DNA of 64,000 nucleotides from Pseudonocardiales bacterium (GTDB lineage Bacteria; Actinomycetota; Actinomycetes; Mycobacteriales; QHCD01): NCBI GenBank assembly GCA_003244255.1, contig QHCD01000011.1, positions 46,043 to 110,042 of the forward strand, read 5' to 3'. Shown piece by piece: positions 52,401 to 64,000 of this stretch (position 1 is its first letter; each line of letters starts with the position of its first letter). The notes under the pieces were generated by a model. It saw only the letters and a program-made list of their open reading frames with translations, ran no database searches and was not told where the DNA came from. The position numbers and the translations under genes were made by a program.

Positions 52401-53649
52401 GCGCGAGGTTCAGGTCGTACTTCACGGTGTTGATCGGCTGGTCGAGTTCCACGGTCTGCAGGCCCGCGAACTCGACGTCGACACCCGCCGTGTCGAGGAC
52501 GTTGAGCAGCACCTGGAAGATCGGCGTGGTGGAGCGGTCGCGCTCGGGCGCGAGCCGGCGCACGATCTGCTCGAAGGAGACACCGGCGTGGCCGAAGGCG
52601 TCCAGCGACGTTTCCTTCGCGGCGGCCAGCAGTTCCCGGCCGGTGGTCGCAGGGGCGACCTCGGTACGCATCGGCAGCGTGTTGATGAAGCAGCCGACGA
52701 CCTCCTCGGTCGTCGAGTCCGCCCGCCCAGCCTCCGGCACGCCGACGACGACGTCGGTGCTGCCGGTGAGCCGCGAAAGCAACGCCTGCCAGCCAGCGAG
52801 GAACACCATGAACGGCGTGCCGCCACAGGCGATCGCGGCGGCGCGTACCCGCTCGGCGAGATCGGCCGGGATTCGCACGGGCGCCGTCTCGCCGGTCCAG
52901 TCTGCAACGGCCGGCCGCGGCCGGTCGACCGGCAGCTCGAGCACCGGTGGCGCGCCGGCTAGCCGATCGGCCCACCACTGGGCCTGCGCATCGGCGTCGT
53001 CCTGCCGGCTCGCCTCCCACAGCGCGACGTCGGCGTGCTGCAGTTCCGGTTCCGCAGGCGGCGGCGAGCCCTGGACCCGCACGGCGTAGCAGGCGGCCAG
53101 ATCGGACATCGCCCGCGGATGCGACCAGTCGTCGATCGCGATGTGATGGAACGTCAGCGCGAGCACGTGGTCGTCGTCCGCGATCCGGTACAGCACGGCA
53201 CGGGTGGGCGGTTCGACATCGAGCCGGAACGGGCGGCGCAGGTCGACAGCGAGCGCGGCGTCCAGCTCGTCCTCGGTGATGTCCACTGTGGACACCGGCA
53301 CGGCGCCGGGGTCGACGACGACGGAAACCGGCTCGCCGTCGCGTTCCTCGATGACGCTGCGGAGGACCTCGTGCCGGGTCACCAGGTCGCGCACCGCGGC
53401 GAGCATCGCATCGGCGTCGAGCACACCGCGAAGCCGCAGCACGCTCGGCAGCAGGTACGCGGCGCTGTCCGGCTCCAGCTGGGCGAGGAACCACAGCCGG
53501 GCCTGCGCGGGCGTCAGCGGCACGGGTGCGTCCGGGTCGCTGCGCCGCGGGATGCCCGCGCCGGGTTGCGCGCTCAGGGCCTTGGCCGCGCGCTGCTCGA
53601 GCAGGGCGCGCAGGAAGCCGTCGTCGCGGCGGTCGGCGATGCCGGTCAA
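45058..53649 (-). CDS. NRPS, domain order C-A-T-C-A-T-TE-MFS
   Basis: C motifs HHIAIDDWS and HHVATDAWS. A cores [15 protein letters not shown] / AYVIFTSGSTGMPKG and NPNGKVDR. T motifs FFAVGGHSFA / FFALGGDSFA. TE motif VYGHCVGTALA. It ends in a 12-TM MFS tail. The start is assigned to TTG 53649, the first in-frame start after the upstream stop, and is uncertain. Confidence 0.9.
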   Translation of the reverse strand: MTGIADRRDDGFLRALLEQRAAKALSAQPGAGIPRRSDPDAPVPLTPAQARLWFLAQLEPDSAAYLLPSVLRLRGVLDADAMLAAVRDLVTRHEVLRSVIEERDGEPVSVVVDPGAVPVSTVDITEDELDAALAVDLRRPFRLDVEPPTRAVLYRIADDDHVLALTFHHIAIDDWSHPRAMSDLAACYAVRVQGSPPPAEPELQHADVALWEASRQDDADAQAQWWADRLAGAPPVLELPVDRPRPAVADWTGETAPVRIPADLAERVRAAAIACGGTPFMVFLAGWQALLSRLTGSTDVVVGVPEAGRADSTTEEVVGCFINTLPMRTEVAPATTGRELLAAAKETSLDAFGHAGVSFEQIVRRLAPERDRSTTPIFQVLLNVLDTAGVDVEFAGLQTVELDQPINTVKYDLNLALVRTDGGYDGGISYRTDIFDPATVERIGSWFVTLLDGMLAEPDRSVGSVPLDHVDGPLVSGPELVVTSSRLLHETVERWARETPDATAIVASDGALTYAELDRHANQVAHRLLAAGVAADKPVAVLADRTTRFLVGALGVLKAGGAYLPVDPIFPDERVAGMLDSVDVRVVLAQSDLAGRVQGRGREVLTLDDLGAFSDQPAGRPDVAVEETQVAYVIFTSGSTGRPKGVGVEHRNITAYLAAAMAKAEGPVGGFDRRVFALVATVAADSGMTTVWGSLGTGSTLHLLDREISTDPQAYARYLAANHIDVVKMVPSLLELLATYGDLAAVLPRRLLILGGEALSWNLADRVHAARPELVLQNHYGPTEASVSVLVCDTEAYPESERIGMVPLGVPFAGVDVYVADDAGHPLPAGIAGELWIGGPLVARGYLGHPELTAAKFTPDPVGGTTRCYRTGDRVRVAPNGVVLFLGRIDDQVKVRGYRVELGEVMTALRAAPGINEAVVMPVGEAHLRRLAAWVTPRAGEPVSVSAVRAALRTTLPDYMVPTSITVLDRLPLNPNGKVDRRALPEPVDTVAGDERIAPASAMELLVASTWSEVLGIAEPSVTDDFFAVGGHSFAATRVVARLRQALRHPVLVRTIFDHPVLGDLAHALGTEPGPGGAALPSIAARPDPSAPAPLSPAQLRLWFLSQLEPDSAAYNVPINLRLAGPLDGEALLAAVRDVAERHHVLRSRIVDTAGVPSVVLGAAGSVPILSVDVDAEDLDAALMREADRPFTLAVQPPMRATLFRVHGDEHVLALTLHHVATDAWSRGMIVGDLAVAYAARIGIGPQLPPASLQYADYAEWLAEREDSSDAADDPHADWWVRQLAGLEPVLDLPLDRPRPTVASWAGGEVGIELSAELSQRVRDAAVATGATPFMVLLAAWQALLSRVSGSTDIAVGVAESGRHLAGTDSIVGCFVNTLVMRTDVAGDPTARELIRRVRATALDTFAHADVPFERVVDRVQPERSLTTTPIFQAALNVLDTSSGSVRFTGVDVTPVEPPSTLVKFDLDLGLVDDGVRFSGGMAFRSEVFDESTIRRMADWFRALLAGLVADLDAPMAAITLEPTTGATICGPRRDIAATLMHSPVQRWARETPDATAVVAADGTLTYAELDRRANQVAHRLLALGVRADEPVAVLAERTTHLAVALVGVLKAGGAYVALDPVYPDDRIATMLTAAGARVVLTEAAQQAKLAAGREVLVLDDPATLAVTDTAPDVVVDPAQLAYVIFTSGSTGMPKGVAVEHRNFAQYLPAVLERFGAGIAEVPRSFALVSTIAADLGLTMVWGALATGGALHLVDREVATDPAAYAAYVAAHRLDVIKMVPSQLELLATHAELASVLPGRTLVLAGEACPWSLVDRVRAAAPGIDVQVHYGPSETTVAVFGCSIDDVPVLARDGVVPLGTPFPNVDCYVVDAGGRMVPSSVPGELWISGPSVARGYLGRDEETAQRFVLDPLGTGRRCYRTGDRVRVTSGGAVRFLGRVDDQVKVRGFRVELGEVATALRELPGVGEAFVLPVGEAHQRKLAAWITPATGASTVDVTAVRGALRNRLPDYMVPASIAVLDALPLNPNGKVDRHALPAPDTAPAAADYVPPSTPSQQRVVDAWMRVLDVPRIGVDDDFFALGGDSFAAVRAVRLIDPSLRVIELFTHPTVGELAAVVDGGAGSAQTGLLYRLAGPPKGVPTTLTVVCVPYGGGAAVAYQPLATELAATMPGTAVVAVELPGHDPARPDEERISLDAVADAVLAELGDTVQGPILVYGHCVGTALATELALRLEAARREVVGLIVAGSFPTATLPGRLASWINRKFPQSRFTSDRASRDLLRSMGGLMEEDMADEAAQRTILHSMRHDVDNSQAWFTRELNRAEPRTLTAPALCVVGERDRGTDLYRERYAEWAAFAPQVGLALVPKAGHYFLKHQANYLAGLIASAVGDWRAGRLPPRVPHVSVTGPEARRNLRDFYVVAAGQTISIMGSTLTLFALGLWVYKETGNLSSYALITFLSLVPRVVVGPVGGALTDRIDRRLVLLGCEVAGGISVVALIALASTHTLTLWNICVIVIVLALATGVHDPTYIAATAQLVPKPYLAQANGIAQLGDGFGNVVAPLAGGALLLLVGLPGVIAIDAFSFAVGILTLVKVRFPNRLYSKPEESFRKTIAGGWHYMAKRKPLVVMAGFFLVDNFFGALAIVLTVPLVFAFNSAAAVGVVTGVAGVGAILGSVLMMLWGGTRRRASGMVGMVYFVGLGILLMGLRPSILLVSIGILMRNAASNLVNAHWRALIQVKVHTELQGRVLAANQMMALAMTPVAYLGAPFIVHAVNPLLGKHGALSNTFVGHLFGVGDGRGIGLVVAACGISLLIWAALGMRYKPLRYMEDALSDATPGAEMAATPDEAEATANEQLQLVGTAGGHR
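46423..47274 (-). other. Thioesterase domain of the NRPS with a Cys in the nucleophile position (GHCVG)
   Basis: PF00975-like sequence VVCVPYGGGAAVAYQPL...ILVYGHCVGTALATELA...VVGERDRGTD...PKAGHYFL. The Cys codon TGT is at 46996-46998 (minus strand). Confidence 0.8.
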
Positions 53650-53671
53650 CGGTCGCGCCCAGGAGAATCGG

Positions 53672-64000
<10,329 letters not shown>

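Overview
This is a high-GC actinobacterial chromosomal segment, and most long off-frame ORFs in the six-frame track are Arg/Pro/Gly-rich shadow ORFs. From 1 to about 36.8 kb there is a dense run of conserved housekeeping genes. These are a PP2C phosphatase, an Eis-like GNAT, rpiB, an Rv2466c-like thiol reductase, pepN, a kynureninase-like enzyme, prolyl oligopeptidase, MscS, an MFS transporter, glbO, a GH13 alpha-glucosidase, ettA, an SSB paralogue, the HMG-CoA lyase / methylcrotonyl-CoA carboxylase genes and orn. From memory, the gene order resembles the mycobacterial Rv2465c-Rv2511 neighbourhood. There are three tRNAs: Arg-TCT, His-GTG and Lys-CTT. Three decayed genes are present: a beta-lactamase-fold remnant, a twice-frameshifted MFS gene, and a membrane protein with one in-frame TGA. 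After tRNA-Lys the content becomes accessory: hypothetical proteins, a Tat/lipoprotein Rieske protein, and an ECF sigma / zinc anti-sigma pair followed by a Mo-oxidoreductase and cytochrome b. The main finding runs from 42.1 kb to the window end (64.0 kb) on the minus strand. It is one translationally coupled operon of two NRPS genes with at least 6 modules; the upstream gene runs off the window. The second NRPS ends in a thioesterase with a GHCVG (cysteine) nucleophile, fused to a 12-TM MFS transporter. Three further genes follow: a PRMT-fold methyltransferase, a 470-aa heme-oxygenase-like diiron plus cupin protein, and a small Rieske ferredoxin. The diiron-cupin protein is colinear with the N-nitrosourea synthase SznF, and the methyltransferase plus this protein resemble the SznE/SznF pair. 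I read this as a candidate, apparently uncharacterised pathway to a nonribosomal peptide carrying an N-methyl/N-oxygenated or N-N bonded arginine-derived residue. All homology statements come from motif reading by eye; no database search was possible.
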